This document shows, in pieces, positions 1 through 11,270 of a DNA stretch of 64,000 nucleotides (position 1 is the stretch's first letter; every line of letters begins with the position of its first letter). Under the pieces are notes generated by a model. The model made no database searches and was not told the DNA's origin. It saw nothing but the letters and a program-made list of their open reading frames with translations. Source of the stretch: Parcubacteria group bacterium (GTDB lineage: Bacteria > Patescibacteriota > Patescibacteriia > Magasanikbacterales > GCA-002688135); NCBI GenBank assembly GCA_002688135.1, contig NZCD01000031.1:4544-68543 (forward strand). The letters run 5' to 3'. Made by a program: the position numbers and the translations under genes.

Positions 1-2820
1 GTAGCACAAGTACAATCAGTGTCTAAGGGTGTTGCAACATTCACCAAATCAGGTGGATTGTTCACAGTTCCTGCAGGCGGTACAACAAACTTGGATTTGA
101 GAGTTGATGTAAACAAAGACGCATCAGCAGGAATCACAATTGGATGGAGCTTGGCAGCAGCCGACATTACATCAAGTGCTGATTCTGTATCAGGTTCAGC
201 AAGTGGTGAAAACCACACAGTAGCAGTCGTATCAGACTTGGCTTTCTTGGATGTTGCTAACGTATTACCGGCAGCAGCAGACACGATCGACCCACAAGAT
301 GACTACGACCTATGGACATTCCGACTCGACGCAAACTCACAAGACATGTTGGTGGAATCACTTACATTGACAAACGTGGGTTCAACAGATGACGATGACC
401 TACAAAACCTCGAATTGTGGTACCAAGGCTCAACACAGTTGGGTAGCACATTAGGAACACTCACAAACGGTACAGCAACATTTGACTTGACTGGTTCCGA
501 AGATGGTGGATTCAAGATCACTTCAGGACAACAACGTCAGTTGACTGTTCGTGCCGACATCAAGGGTGGAACTAATCGTACCGTACGATTCGGTATCCAG
601 GAGCAAACAGACATTGTCGTTAAAGACTTGAACTACAACGTCTACACAGTTCCTGCACAAGATGACAATTCTGCATTTGCAGTTACACAAGCTGGTGGCG
701 CAACAACCATTAACACTGGTTCATTGACACAAACCATCTCAACTGATTCACCAACAGGAAACATCCCTGACGGAGCAACAAACGTATTGCTCGCGAAGTT
801 CAACTTCAAAGCTTCAGGTGAGCCTGTGAAGGTGAAGAACTTGGACATTTCATGTACAGGTAATGCAGCAACAAACATCTTGAAGAACGTTAAAGTTTCA
901 TTTGATGGTTCACAAATCGGCTCAACATTGAGCTCATTGACATGTGACGCATCAAGTCCATCAGGAACAGACTTCAGCTTCGGAAACTCCTTCACAATTC
1001 AAGAAGGTGCAACTGGAACTGTAGAAGTTCACGGTGACTTGACTGATTCAACCATCGCTGCATCTGACACAACATCTGTGACATTGGCAGCAGGCTCATC
1101 AAATGCTAATGGTACTGTCTCATTGACAGCACTTTCAACCACAGCAATTTCTGGTCGAACATTGACCGTGAAATCAGGTGCGGTAAGCGTTCGAAAGAAC
1201 CCATCATTGGCAAACTACACATCATCACGTCCATTGGGTGTGCTTGGTTCAGCAAATGTCCGTGCTGGTTCATTCATCATCACTGGTGGAGCAGAAGCAT
1301 CAACCATCTCACAAATTGTGTTGAAGGATGATGTTGATACAACATCAGATGGTGTGACCTTGAAAGACTACTTCGATAATCTTTCAATCAAGCACGGTGA
1401 TACAATGTTGCACTCATCACCGCTGTCATTGACAGACACAGACTCAACAACATACACATTTAACCTATCTCCAAACGTAACGCTTGGTGTTGGTGAAACG
1501 TATGTCGTTGACGTGTACGTTGACATCTTGTCAACAGCTGGTGTTGCTACATCTAACTTGAACGACGACGATACTGATGGTGCTATCCAGGTTGATTCAG
1601 TTGTCGCTACAGGTGTAGAAACAAGTACAACAACATCTGACACATCAACAGATCCACGATTGCAACGTTTGAACATTGCAACTAACGGATCACTTCGTGT
1701 AACAATTGACGGTGACACACCACAAGACGATCAACTTGTCTTGGGTTCAACCGACCAAACGTTTGCGAAGTTCAAGTTGGCTGAAGAATCAAATGCAGAA
1801 GACGTCTTGATCAAAAAGTTCGTAGTTGCGGACGTGATCTCGGTTAATACTGCAGTGCCTTTCAGTTCAACTGGTACAATGCGAAACCTTAAGCTTTACA
1901 ATGGCTCAACACTGTTGGGATCAGTAGACGCTTTGGATGACTCCAAAACATCAACTGTACCTGTAGCTTCATTTGACTTGACTGGCCTTGCTGCTGGTGG
2001 ATTCAAATTGGCAAAGGGATCAACAACTGTATTGACATTGAAAGCTGACTTGACACCGTGGCTAGAGAATGAATCAGCATCCTCAACTCACCGGGCAACA
2101 ATCTTCACTTCAGATGCAGATTTAACAACTGCAGCTCAAGATGATTACATTGACGCTATCGGTTTGGGATCTGGTTTTGCTATCTCAACCACAAATGCTA
2201 CAGCTACATCAGGTCTCGTGATTGGTGTTGCAACAGGTGCAACACAAACTGCCTTGACTGGTAACGTAATGGATGCGTTGAGAACAAAGATCAGCATCGC
2301 CTACTCAGACGACGCTGGTAAGGTCTCACCATCTGGAACTGTAACTAAGTCTTCAGAGCAAACAATCTCGATCTTGAAGATATCTAATACTGCGAATGTA
2401 GGCGGGTACGAAGCAACCATTAAGGGATTGAATCTTGATGTTAACTCATCAGGTATTTCACTTGCTGGAACTCGTGTATTGAAGGTCTACAAAGATAGTA
2501 TTGATTCTGCTAACCAGCTCGCTACAACAACGTACGCGTTGGGAGCAGCTAACGCTGGTTTCTCAGATACAGCGATCGATGCAGCAAACTTCACCGACAT
2601 TACTGTTTCTGCTGGTAGCTCACGTTATGTTTACGTAACGTTGGACACCAATGACTCGTCAATTGGAGCAAACGATACATTGAGTATCGGAATCCAAACG
2701 ACAGCGGTAATAGGTATTGCTGGAGAAGTTATGAGTCCAGTATTGTGGTCAGATGGCTCTGCCCTCACTCTTACAGAGGTTAGAGGAATGCCATTGACTG
2801 GTAGATCAGTTTCCTACTAG
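1..2820 (+). CDS. Large S-layer-like / surface beta-sandwich repeat protein (5' end lies outside the window)
   Basis: Frame is open from base 1 (VAQVQSV...). Very Thr/Ser/Asp/Gly-rich, with repeated beta-sandwich modules (e.g. LAKFNFKASGEPVKVKNL, FAKFKLAEESNAEDVLIKK). Codon bias (AAC, TTC, GAC, TCA) is typical of highly expressed genes. Followed by a strong terminator. Confidence 0.7.
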   Translation, partial: VAQVQSVSKGVATFTKSGGLFTVPAGGTTNLDLRVDVNKDASAGITIGWSLAAADITSSADSVSGSASGENHTVAVVSDLAFLDVANVLPAAADTIDPQDDYDLWTFRLDANSQDMLVESLTLTNVGSTDDDDLQNLELWYQGSTQLGSTLGTLTNGTATFDLTGSEDGGFKITSGQQRQLTVRADIKGGTNRTVRFGIQEQTDIVVKDLNYNVYTVPAQDDNSAFAVTQAGGATTINTGSLTQTISTDSPTGNIPDGATNVLLAKFNFKASGEPVKVKNLDISCTGNAATNILKNVKVSFDGSQIGSTLSSLTCDASSPSGTDFSFGNSFTIQEGATGTVEVHGDLTDSTIAASDTTSVTLAAGSSNANGTVSLTALSTTAISGRTLTVKSGAVSVRKNPSLANYTSSRPLGVLGSANVRAGSFIITGGAEASTISQIVLKDDVDTTSDGVTLKDYFDNLSIKHGDTMLHSSPLSLTDTDSTTYTFNLSPNVTLGVGETYVVDVYVDILSTAGVATSNLNDDDTDGAIQVDSVVATGVETSTTTSDTSTDPRLQRLNIATNGSLRVTIDGDTPQDDQLVLGSTDQTFAKFKLAEESNAEDVLIKKFVVADVISVNTAVPFSSTGTMRNLKLYNGSTLLGSVDALDDSKTSTVPVASFDLTGLAAGGFKLAKGSTTVLTLKADLTPWLENESASSTHRATIFTSDADLTTAAQDDYIDAIGLGSGFAISTTNATATSGLVIGVATGATQTALTGNVMDALRTKISIAYSDDAGKVSPSGTVTKSSEQTISILKISNTANVGGYEATIKGLNLDVNSSGISLAGTRVLKVYKDSIDSANQLATTTYALGAANAGFSDTAIDAANFTDITVSAGSSRYVYVTLDTNDSSIGANDTLSIGIQTTAVIGIAGEVMSPVLWSDGSALTLTEVRGMPLTGRSVSY

Positions 2821-2842
2821 TTCGACCGTTGGGTTAGTTACC

Positions 2843-2879
2843 CAAAACAAATCCCCTCGCAAGAGGGGATTTTGTTTTG
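2843..2879 (+). terminator. Rho-independent terminator
   Basis: caaaacaaatcccctc-gcaa-gaggggattttgttttg hairpin with T-tract, just after the stop of the S-layer-like gene. Confidence 0.85.
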
Positions 2880-2906
2880 ATTTCTTGATCTTGTATATGC
2901 TATAAT
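2877..2906 (+). promoter_or_regulatory. Sigma70 promoter with extended -10
   Basis: TTGATT-18 nt-TATAAT, with TG immediately upstream of the -10 (TGcTATAAT). Confidence 0.55.
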
Positions 2907-2932
2907 ACCTTTGTATATAATTGAAATATCCT

Positions 2933-4525
2933 ATGTTTATTGCTGCTGCACGAGGTATAAAATCGCTGTTTTTTGTAATTGCCATATCAATGATGTTTAC
3001 ATGGGTTCAAACGGCAAGTGCTCAAGAGCGCTCTATGAAATTATTTTTTATGGCGACCGACGAATTCGGCAATTCGCTCGAGAGGGCACCACAAATACAC
3101 ATATCTGAATGCATGATTCATCAATCAGGAATGGTAAAACCAGATACAACAATTCCAAATCGTTACGAGGTAGAATTGCTATATGACCATGCAATCACAG
3201 GAACCAGGTGTATGGTAACAGTTTCTGCGCCCGGATTTGTATCATCAGAAAAAATCGAATTAGGAAATATTCAGGCCTCATCTGATTTCAATATAATTTC
3301 AAAACCAGTAAAATTGGAATACACACTAGCGGTGCGTCCCTACGACGACGAAGGAGCATCGCTAACAAACGCCGATGTATTTTTTGAAGGAACATCAGCT
3401 CGAGTAAAAAAAGGAGGTACATACTATTTTGCAGCAACTCATTCGGGGGCGCTTGAAATCTCACATCCAACATATGTGAGTCAATCTCAATCCACAGATG
3501 GTCTGCTGGGACTTGTACAGATTTCAAATAATGCAACAACAGCAGTATCATTTAAAGGCACTGGATCCTGCATGAAAAGCGGAACAGTACTCTCATGTGG
3601 TGCTTTGCAAGCATCAGCGAATATTTCGGTTAGAAATAATGCCGACATTTTGATAAGCGGAACAACAGTAACGCTCTACACAGACAAAGCACGCACAAAA
3701 ATTGCAAAAGAACTAGGGGCAGTAGAGCGAGATGCAACACAAATCATAGGTTCAGCGAATGTTAATTTTGCGATAATGTCTGGCACCTATTACGCGACGA
3801 TCCAGAAACAAAGATACAATACAATACATGACACGATACACATCGAAGATGAAGGAAATAATGAAATCGTATACCATCTCGATTTAGAATCACCATCAAA
3901 AATCTCCCCAACACGCTCGGCGGCTACGGTCAGTCGCGTATCCGCAATCGCAGACTTGAACGACACAGTAATTGTAAATGTTGTAGTGAGGTCTTCTGAC
4001 AGCACATTGCTTAAAAATCATGTTATTGAAATCGATACAGGAGATGATACAGACGTTGTGACATTTGATAGCGGATCGCTAACCAACAATCAGGGGTTAG
4101 TTATCGCGTATGTCACTGCCTCAAATGCGGGGGAGCGAACCCTACAGGTAAAAGCAAATGGATTGCTCATATCAAATTTCCCAAAAATTTGGTTTGAATC
4201 AGTGGAGGATGAAGATAGTATCAGCCCAAAAAAAAGCTTCACGGAACAAACACCATCTCCAATCATGGTCGGAGGAACAGAGGAAGTTACGGTGACAGTT
4301 CATGCAAAAAATCACAAGGGAGTATATCTATCAGGGAAAGATGTGGCGCTGACCAGCGATAGAGCCAGCAGTGATGTTATCAGTTGTGATAATGGAAAAA
4401 CTCAGCAAGGAAAAGTAACATGCATATTCTCATCAAATGAGGCGGGAACAAGCATATTGACGGCAACTGTAGATGATGTCATTATAGACAAAATAGCTGT
4501 TTCTGTTTCGCCAATTCCTTCATAA
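2933..4525 (+). CDS. Secreted Ig-like (Big_1/invasin-type) domain protein
   Basis: N-terminal signal peptide (..VQTASA|QE). Two C-terminal Big_1-like repeats (ADLNDTVIVNVVVR...TNNQGLVIAYVTASNAGERTLQV; ..SSNEAGTSILTATVDD). Start could be 2921 or 2933. Confidence 0.65.
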   Translation: MFIAAARGIKSLFFVIAISMMFTWVQTASAQERSMKLFFMATDEFGNSLERAPQIHISECMIHQSGMVKPDTTIPNRYEVELLYDHAITGTRCMVTVSAPGFVSSEKIELGNIQASSDFNIISKPVKLEYTLAVRPYDDEGASLTNADVFFEGTSARVKKGGTYYFAATHSGALEISHPTYVSQSQSTDGLLGLVQISNNATTAVSFKGTGSCMKSGTVLSCGALQASANISVRNNADILISGTTVTLYTDKARTKIAKELGAVERDATQIIGSANVNFAIMSGTYYATIQKQRYNTIHDTIHIEDEGNNEIVYHLDLESPSKISPTRSAATVSRVSAIADLNDTVIVNVVVRSSDSTLLKNHVIEIDTGDDTDVVTFDSGSLTNNQGLVIAYVTASNAGERTLQVKANGLLISNFPKIWFESVEDEDSISPKKSFTEQTPSPIMVGGTEEVTVTVHAKNHKGVYLSGKDVALTSDRASSDVISCDNGKTQQGKVTCIFSSNEAGTSILTATVDDVIIDKIAVSVSPIPS

Positions 4526-6811
4526 ATGAGTCAAGAAACCACGAAAAACACAAAGAACTGGATTATCCGCGGTTGTGTGGCCGCGGTTTTTTTGCTTCCT
4601 GTTATCACAACACCACCATTAGTTTACGAAGGTCATGTTGGGAAATGGCTCTTAATTCTTGGGGTAACAGTATTCCTTATCATGTACACGTGGATGAAAA
4701 AAAATACATCAGAAGATCCTCTTAATCGATCAATACATTTTGGTTTAACAGCTTTGACAATATATGGGCTAATACTTATTGCATGGTCATTTTTGGGGGA
4801 TGCAACAAAAGGATTGTGGGGAGATGCATTAAGGCTTAATGGAGCAATGGTTTGGCTAGTGATGATTGGATTGGCTTGGTGGTTGAGTTGGTGGGCCAAC
4901 TCACTTCAAAAGAGATTATTTGTTTTGAGAATCCAATCATTTGCAGCAGTAATTGTGACAGCGCTCGCAATTCTTGTACAGTTCTCTCCTGATTTTTTCA
5001 ATGCAATGGTAGGAACTGAAGGTGTGTTGTGGGACAAAAATATTGGGTTTGTCGGAGTTAAGCTCATGGGGTTGTGGGGAAGTTCAACCTATCTTGCGGC
5101 GTATTTGCTCATGAGCTTATTTCTGATGGCGCTGCATATATCCACTGAAAATTCAAAAACAATAAAAAATATATTGAAGTTAGGCATTCTGCTTGTAATA
5201 TTCGGGGTGTGGGGAACCGGTTCGAGGGGGGCGATAATCGGATTAGTGGTTGGATTAGGCTTAATGGGTTGTGCGTATATTCAGGGTAGAAGTAAAAAGA
5301 TGTACACACTCGTGAAGCGTATTGCGATTGCAGCCATCATCGGAACAATTATTGGTATATACGCAACTGCGTTCACTCCGAGCGATCAACAACAACAGCG
5401 CCCGTACCATCCAATGTATTGGTACGAACAGATGGAATCACAAGGTGGTATATCTACTCGTCTACTTCTATGGTCATCAGCCCTTGATGGTATTGCAGAA
5501 AAACCATGGTTGGGCTGGGGTAACGAAATGTATGAAACAGTATTTGATGTGCATTACAAAAAAGAAATGGCACGATTTGGTTTGCAGGAAACATGGGCAG
5601 AGCGCACACATAGTCAGTTACTTGAAGTAACAGTCACAACGGGAGTTATCGGATTGCTCGTATATCTTCTTTTGGTACTCTCACCACTTCTGGCTAAACA
5701 GGCTGAAAATGAAGAACAAAAAACACTACGCATATATGCAGCCGGCACTCTTGGTGCATACGCTGGATTTGGTTTATTTGCATTCAATACACCATCACAA
5801 TTATTACATATTGCACTCATTGTGGGTCTTGGCGCAGCAGTGAGTAAAAAAGTTGTATTACCAGGATGGACTAGGGGTGTCTCAAGTCGAATTATCATTA
5901 TTTGTGCTGCTGTGGCAATACTGTTTACATTAGTTATCAAGCCTTGGACAGAAGCAAAGCAGGTGCAGCAGGTTCGTGACGCACTCGAAAAAGGAGACAT
6001 TACACAATATGAAAAAAAACTCACCTCCGTTCTTGAGTTACAATCTCTCACGCAAACTGATACACTCAAAATACTCACGGATGATTTAGTAAACAACAAC
6101 AATGGGGTGCTGCCCTTAGAATTTTTCCAAATAGGAATACCACTATTACTCAAAGGCCTTGATGCCTACCATGAAACATACAATCCAAGATATGCAATGA
6201 AACTGCGCGAGGTACAACTTAAGAGTCTTGCAGCAGAACATATTGATGCGGCTTCCTACAGGGCGGCAATTGAGCAGGAATATAATGATGTGCGTAAACT
6301 TTCCACAGGACGTCAAACGGTCGATGTTAATCAGATGAATTACTATATTCAGCTGGGAGAGCTTGAAAAGGCGCGTGAATTAATAGAAAAACTTGTTATC
6401 GATGTTCCTTCAAGTAGCGATTTTCAGTGGACACGTGTCATTATTATGTCAGCACAAGAGCAAACGCACGAAGCTGGATTGGTGGCTGCACAACTCATAA
6501 GAAATGACATATTCATACCTCGCATGTCACAGTCAACTCTGGATCTAATTCTTGTCTTACTTGAAGAGGTGGGCGATTATAAGGCAGTATTTCATCAGCT
6601 TAACATACTCCTTAACCTGTCACAGGAAAATCCACACCTTGAAACAGGACACAACTTTTTAAGAAAAGCATACGCAGCCTATAATCTCGATGCATATATC
6701 ATTGCACGTACAGATGCGTTGGCTGCACTTGAGTTGGATTCTGCACTAAAGCCACAGGTAACTGATTTAATAGCTCGAATTGAAGTAGCAACTCAACCAA
6801 CCAATGAATAA
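4526..6811 (+). CDS. O-antigen ligase family (Wzy_C) membrane protein / putative oligosaccharyltransferase with C-terminal TPR-like region, paralog 1
   Basis: Multiple TM helices; motifs TGSRGAIIG, RLLLW, KPWLGWGNE, ERTHS. Confidence 0.8.
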   Translation: MSQETTKNTKNWIIRGCVAAVFLLPVITTPPLVYEGHVGKWLLILGVTVFLIMYTWMKKNTSEDPLNRSIHFGLTALTIYGLILIAWSFLGDATKGLWGDALRLNGAMVWLVMIGLAWWLSWWANSLQKRLFVLRIQSFAAVIVTALAILVQFSPDFFNAMVGTEGVLWDKNIGFVGVKLMGLWGSSTYLAAYLLMSLFLMALHISTENSKTIKNILKLGILLVIFGVWGTGSRGAIIGLVVGLGLMGCAYIQGRSKKMYTLVKRIAIAAIIGTIIGIYATAFTPSDQQQQRPYHPMYWYEQMESQGGISTRLLLWSSALDGIAEKPWLGWGNEMYETVFDVHYKKEMARFGLQETWAERTHSQLLEVTVTTGVIGLLVYLLLVLSPLLAKQAENEEQKTLRIYAAGTLGAYAGFGLFAFNTPSQLLHIALIVGLGAAVSKKVVLPGWTRGVSSRIIIICAAVAILFTLVIKPWTEAKQVQQVRDALEKGDITQYEKKLTSVLELQSLTQTDTLKILTDDLVNNNNGVLPLEFFQIGIPLLLKGLDAYHETYNPRYAMKLREVQLKSLAAEHIDAASYRAAIEQEYNDVRKLSTGRQTVDVNQMNYYIQLGELEKARELIEKLVIDVPSSSDFQWTRVIIMSAQEQTHEAGLVAAQLIRNDIFIPRMSQSTLDLILVLLEEVGDYKAVFHQLNILLNLSQENPHLETGHNFLRKAYAAYNLDAYIIARTDALAALELDSALKPQVTDLIARIEVATQPTNE

Positions 6812-9068
6812 ACGCGCACTCATAAAATACAGCAGGTGGATATCATGGCTAACAGTCGCACTCATGCCGCTCATAGTATTGCCGTCAGTGATATACCCAT
6901 TCATGTTCGGAAAGACGCTTTTTTTGCATACAACCAGTATTGCTCTGATTATAATATGGGCAGTCTTACTCACGTTTCAAGATCTTCAAAAAAGACTCCT
7001 CACAATCTTAAAAAAACCTATAACAATTTTATTCTCCTTGTATCTTATAAGTGCATGGATCTCATCAATATTTGGAGTCGATCCATCGCGCAGTTTCTGG
7101 GGAACACAATCACGCGGAACAGGACTGCTCACACTCACACAAATATGGCTGTGGTTTGTATTAACACGTGCTACTCACACTACCACAAAAGATTATAAAA
7201 GACTCACACAAATAATTTCAATATCAGGTTTGGTAGTTTCTGGAATTGCACTGGCTCGATTAAAAGGAATTGTATTATTCGGCGTAGATACAGGACTACG
7301 TATTTCCGGAACAATAGCAAATCCAATTTTTTTCGCTGGCATGTTGATTCTCTATATTGGAATAGCTGGATACGGATATTTCACGCATGAAAACAAACTT
7401 TACAAAGCGCTATTTGTATTGCTGGCATTGTTCCAAACACTTATCATGTTTTTCACGCAGACTCGAAGCGCAGCACTTGGATTTGTTGTGGGTGCGATCA
7501 TAGCAGGTATACTTGTTACATTAAGTTCAAAAAGAAAAATAATCCGATACACGACAATTGGATTATTAATCACTGGAATACTCGCAATAACACTAGCAAT
7601 AGCATTTCACAAATCATTTGATGAAAAAGTTCCGCTAATTGGTAGATTGGTAGCTGTCACAACATTACAAGATAGCTCACTCGTTTCGCGCATTAGCGCA
7701 TGGAAAAGTGGATGGCAATCATTTAAACAAAGACCAATACTAGGCTGGGGACAAGAATCATTTATTGCAGCGTTTGATACGAATTACAACCCAGACTCAT
7801 TGTTTCTCGGTTTTGCTGAAACACGATTTGATCGAGCGCATAATTTAATCGTCGAGCTGTTGGTAACAGGAGGATTGATCGGGTTGCTTGCTTACGCAGC
7901 ATTATTACTAAGATTCCTCTATCAACTTTGGCAATCAAGCAAATGGAAACGACCAATAAACATTCTAGCAATCGCCACGCTTGCAGCCTACCTAGTACAC
8001 TTAATGTTTTCATTCGATACGGCAATTTCACTCATTCTATTGTTTTCGCTAATGATATTGCATGAACCAACCACCACACCACAAGAAATAGATAATAAAA
8101 AAATCGAAGGTAAAAAAATTGTGATACTCACCATCGCATCATTAATCGGTTTGATGGGAATCTACCGTTTTGTATATCTGCCTTTAAAGCAATCATCTGC
8201 CCTCATCGATACACTTGTCTTTGCCGCAGAACATTCGCGTCTACAAGCCACGCCTCGTCTACAAGGAGTGCTTAACATACCAACACCTTATAAAACAGAA
8301 GCTCGCAACGAATACGTAAAAAATGTTGTACGGGGTGTACAGGCTGGTGTATATAGTAATGAAGAAGTTGGTGAATTTATACTCCGAGCAGAACAAGTTG
8401 GATTGCAAAATATTGTGGATCATAAATATGATTCATATCACACATACTTAAACGCTGTGTTGTATTATCAAGCGACCAAGTTAGACCCGTCATACGCACA
8501 AAAAAGCATCGATTATTTTAAGGACGCAATTGAAAAATCTGAAAGGCAGCAATACATGTTTGCGCTTGCAGAGCTATATATGAGCATAGGTGATGATCAA
8601 AAGGCGCATGATGTATACAAGCGAGCTCATGATCTTTCAGCGAAAGTGGGGATTGGGCATTGGTACTATGGTTTATCTTTATTAAGAATGGAGCAGAAGG
8701 AGGAGGGCGTGCAAGAGATCATTGAGGCAATAGATTTAGGGTACGTTCCTGTGGAGGGTGATCAGAAAAAATTAACCGCAGGTATTTTATTGGAACATAA
8801 AGAGTATGATCAAGCATTAAAAGTTTATTGGCAGATCATGCATATTGAAGGAAATATTCGAAATCCACAAACATGGGCTGAATATGCAATATATTTGAAA
8901 GAAGGAGGCTATTCACACAGCGCAAAATTAGCTGCCGAAACAGCCGTAAAATTGGATACAGGCTTTAAGCAGGAGGCGGATATGTTTATTGCAGAGCTTC
9001 CGGTCATGAATCATGATGGAAAGACAGAGATAATTCTCAATCTCCGTGAGGATTTTGATATTGAATAA
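6804..9068 (+). CDS. O-antigen ligase family protein with TPR, paralog 2
   Basis: Motifs GTIANP, TQTRSAALG, RISAW, RPILGWGQE, FDRAHN; C-terminal TPR-like helices; overlaps the upstream stop. Confidence 0.85.
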   Translation: MNKRALIKYSRWISWLTVALMPLIVLPSVIYPFMFGKTLFLHTTSIALIIIWAVLLTFQDLQKRLLTILKKPITILFSLYLISAWISSIFGVDPSRSFWGTQSRGTGLLTLTQIWLWFVLTRATHTTTKDYKRLTQIISISGLVVSGIALARLKGIVLFGVDTGLRISGTIANPIFFAGMLILYIGIAGYGYFTHENKLYKALFVLLALFQTLIMFFTQTRSAALGFVVGAIIAGILVTLSSKRKIIRYTTIGLLITGILAITLAIAFHKSFDEKVPLIGRLVAVTTLQDSSLVSRISAWKSGWQSFKQRPILGWGQESFIAAFDTNYNPDSLFLGFAETRFDRAHNLIVELLVTGGLIGLLAYAALLLRFLYQLWQSSKWKRPINILAIATLAAYLVHLMFSFDTAISLILLFSLMILHEPTTTPQEIDNKKIEGKKIVILTIASLIGLMGIYRFVYLPLKQSSALIDTLVFAAEHSRLQATPRLQGVLNIPTPYKTEARNEYVKNVVRGVQAGVYSNEEVGEFILRAEQVGLQNIVDHKYDSYHTYLNAVLYYQATKLDPSYAQKSIDYFKDAIEKSERQQYMFALAELYMSIGDDQKAHDVYKRAHDLSAKVGIGHWYYGLSLLRMEQKEEGVQEIIEAIDLGYVPVEGDQKKLTAGILLEHKEYDQALKVYWQIMHIEGNIRNPQTWAEYAIYLKEGGYSHSAKLAAETAVKLDTGFKQEADMFIAELPVMNHDGKTEIILNLREDFDIE

Positions 9069-9071
9069 TGT

Positions 9072-11243
9072 ATGAAAATTCGCCACTACATCTCAAGTTA
9101 CAATCATTGGCTAATTGCGCTCGTTCTGTGTGCAGTTATTGTGGCACCAACAAGCGTACTCTTTCCTCATACATTTGGAAAAACCTTATTCTTCGTAATT
9201 GCACTAGCAATAATCGCACCGCTAATATTGTTTGGCCAAAAGCAAATTCAGATTCCAAGAAATCACATTACCATCGCACTTTCGCTGTTTATTGTTTCAA
9301 TGATAGTTTCAACAATATTCAGTGTAGATAGTTCACAAAGCTTATGGGGGACGGATACTCGCGGATTCGGACTGTGGGTTTGGGTTTGGATGTGGATTCT
9401 ATATATCCTTCTGTCTAATATACTGAAGCATCAAAATAAGAAGCGATTTCTTACATGGCTAATTATCATGTTGGGAAACACAGCTCTTTTAAAAGTGATA
9501 TCAGAGGTCGTAACGTTCGGATATCAACACCGCGCAGAGTCATTTTTTGGAAACCCGCTCTTATATGCAAATGTCGCACTCTTCCCATTATTTTTTGCAC
9601 TAGAAAGATTTTTTGCAGAGTCTGACACACGTTGGAAAACTGTTGCACTAATTTCGGCAATGGCAAGTGGAGCTGGAATCTATCTTACTCAAACCCGTGG
9701 TGTTATTGTAGGATTGGGAGTCGCTGTGATTGCAATTATTGCATACGGCTTTCGGCCCAAAACACGAAAACAAAAAAAACGACTAGCATTAGCAAGTATC
9801 GCAACAGTAATAATCATTGCAGGATTGTGGACCATCAGAGACACGCGCACTATAAGACAATTTAAAGCACTCAACCGAATCCTCAATATCTCGTTGTCAG
9901 AATCAAGTGCAAACCAGAGGCTAATATTATGGAAATCAGGATTCAAGGCTGCACAAGAAAAACCACTTCTCGGCTGGGGGCCAGAAACATACGACTACGC
10001 ATTTAACAAACATTTTGATCCGATATTCACGCGATTCGGATTCAATCAAACATACTCGGATCGTGCTCACAACATGTACGTGGATGCGCTCATCATGCAA
10101 GGAATCCTTGGACTTCTGATATTTTTGTTTCTGCTATTTGCAATGTTTAGATCGATTGTAAAAAAATCGGATAATACGGACAAAATAAATGTAGTGCTGT
10201 TGGCGTTATTGGTAGCATATGCAGTACAAGCAATATTTTCATTTGATTCACCAGCTACCGCAATACTCTTCATGTTTTTCGCCGCATATCTCACAGCACG
10301 ATCAAATAACAGATCAATATCAGCAAGAGGTGCTGGACTAGCGATAATCTGCGTGATGATTTCAATACCAACATTGTATGTTGCATCACAAGCAATCGCC
10401 AGCTCACAAGCAATAATGACAATTGAGCACCGTAGTGATATAGGACAACCAGAGATACAGCTTGCCAAAACAACACTTGAAAAATGGTCTCCACATCAAA
10501 ATTCTCTAACCCAGCGCTATGTAAATCTAACATTCGAACGCTCAAATAGAGATGATGCACACAAAGCAAATATATTATTGCAATCAGGTATCGATGAGAT
10601 CAATAAGGGTATAGAGCGTAGTCCAGAAAAATTTGAATATCATTTCACACTCGGAAATCTATTGACAAAGGCAGGCTATATCATAGATCCATCATTCACA
10701 GATAGCGCAGAAACCGCTCTCACACGCGCACTATCACTTTCACCTAATCGAGTCGCAGTTCTATTTCAGAATGCAAATTTATATGTCTTGACTAAGGAAT
10801 ATGACAAGGCGGTGGAAGTATTAAACAGAGCAGTAGCATTGGGCCCAGACCTATCTCAATCACATTATCTTAAGGGATTAATATTAACTTATACAGAAAA
10901 AAAGGATGAAGGTTTGGATTCGCTTGCTACGGCTATTCACATGGAAAATCCTTATCTTTCAACGAACGTGCCGGAACTACAGCAGATTGCTCGGGTTGCA
11001 GTGGAGAGAGAGCGTGTTGATATCCTTACATATGTATTCGTTCGTTTAATCCGCATGGATCCACTCACGGAAGAAAATTGGTACAATATGGAACAGTTAA
11101 TGAACCTTGACGGAGTTGAAAAGCCCCCTGTAAGAGATGTTATGCAATACTTGCAAGAGCAAGGATATAATCGAAATCATGACTATGCTGCAGTGAGAGC
11201 CAAGGCAACAGAATTTCTGGAGCAATATAAACTAGAGAATTAA
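9072..11243 (+). CDS. O-antigen ligase family protein with TPR, paralog 3
   Basis: Motifs FFGNP, TQTRG, RLILW, KPLLGWGPE, SDRAHN; TPR repeats (ALSLSPNR, AVALGPD). Confidence 0.85.
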   Translation: MKIRHYISSYNHWLIALVLCAVIVAPTSVLFPHTFGKTLFFVIALAIIAPLILFGQKQIQIPRNHITIALSLFIVSMIVSTIFSVDSSQSLWGTDTRGFGLWVWVWMWILYILLSNILKHQNKKRFLTWLIIMLGNTALLKVISEVVTFGYQHRAESFFGNPLLYANVALFPLFFALERFFAESDTRWKTVALISAMASGAGIYLTQTRGVIVGLGVAVIAIIAYGFRPKTRKQKKRLALASIATVIIIAGLWTIRDTRTIRQFKALNRILNISLSESSANQRLILWKSGFKAAQEKPLLGWGPETYDYAFNKHFDPIFTRFGFNQTYSDRAHNMYVDALIMQGILGLLIFLFLLFAMFRSIVKKSDNTDKINVVLLALLVAYAVQAIFSFDSPATAILFMFFAAYLTARSNNRSISARGAGLAIICVMISIPTLYVASQAIASSQAIMTIEHRSDIGQPEIQLAKTTLEKWSPHQNSLTQRYVNLTFERSNRDDAHKANILLQSGIDEINKGIERSPEKFEYHFTLGNLLTKAGYIIDPSFTDSAETALTRALSLSPNRVAVLFQNANLYVLTKEYDKAVEVLNRAVALGPDLSQSHYLKGLILTYTEKKDEGLDSLATAIHMENPYLSTNVPELQQIARVAVERERVDILTYVFVRLIRMDPLTEENWYNMEQLMNLDGVEKPPVRDVMQYLQEQGYNRNHDYAAVRAKATEFLEQYKLEN

Positions 11244-11265
11244 AAAGCCCTCCAGTCGGAGGGCT
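11242..11265 (-). terminator. Rho-independent terminator for the minus-strand Cys-rich gene
   Basis: agccctcc-agtc-ggagggct hairpin with an A-run on its left (T-tract on the minus strand), between convergent genes. Confidence 0.65.
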
Positions 11266-11270
11266 CGCGG

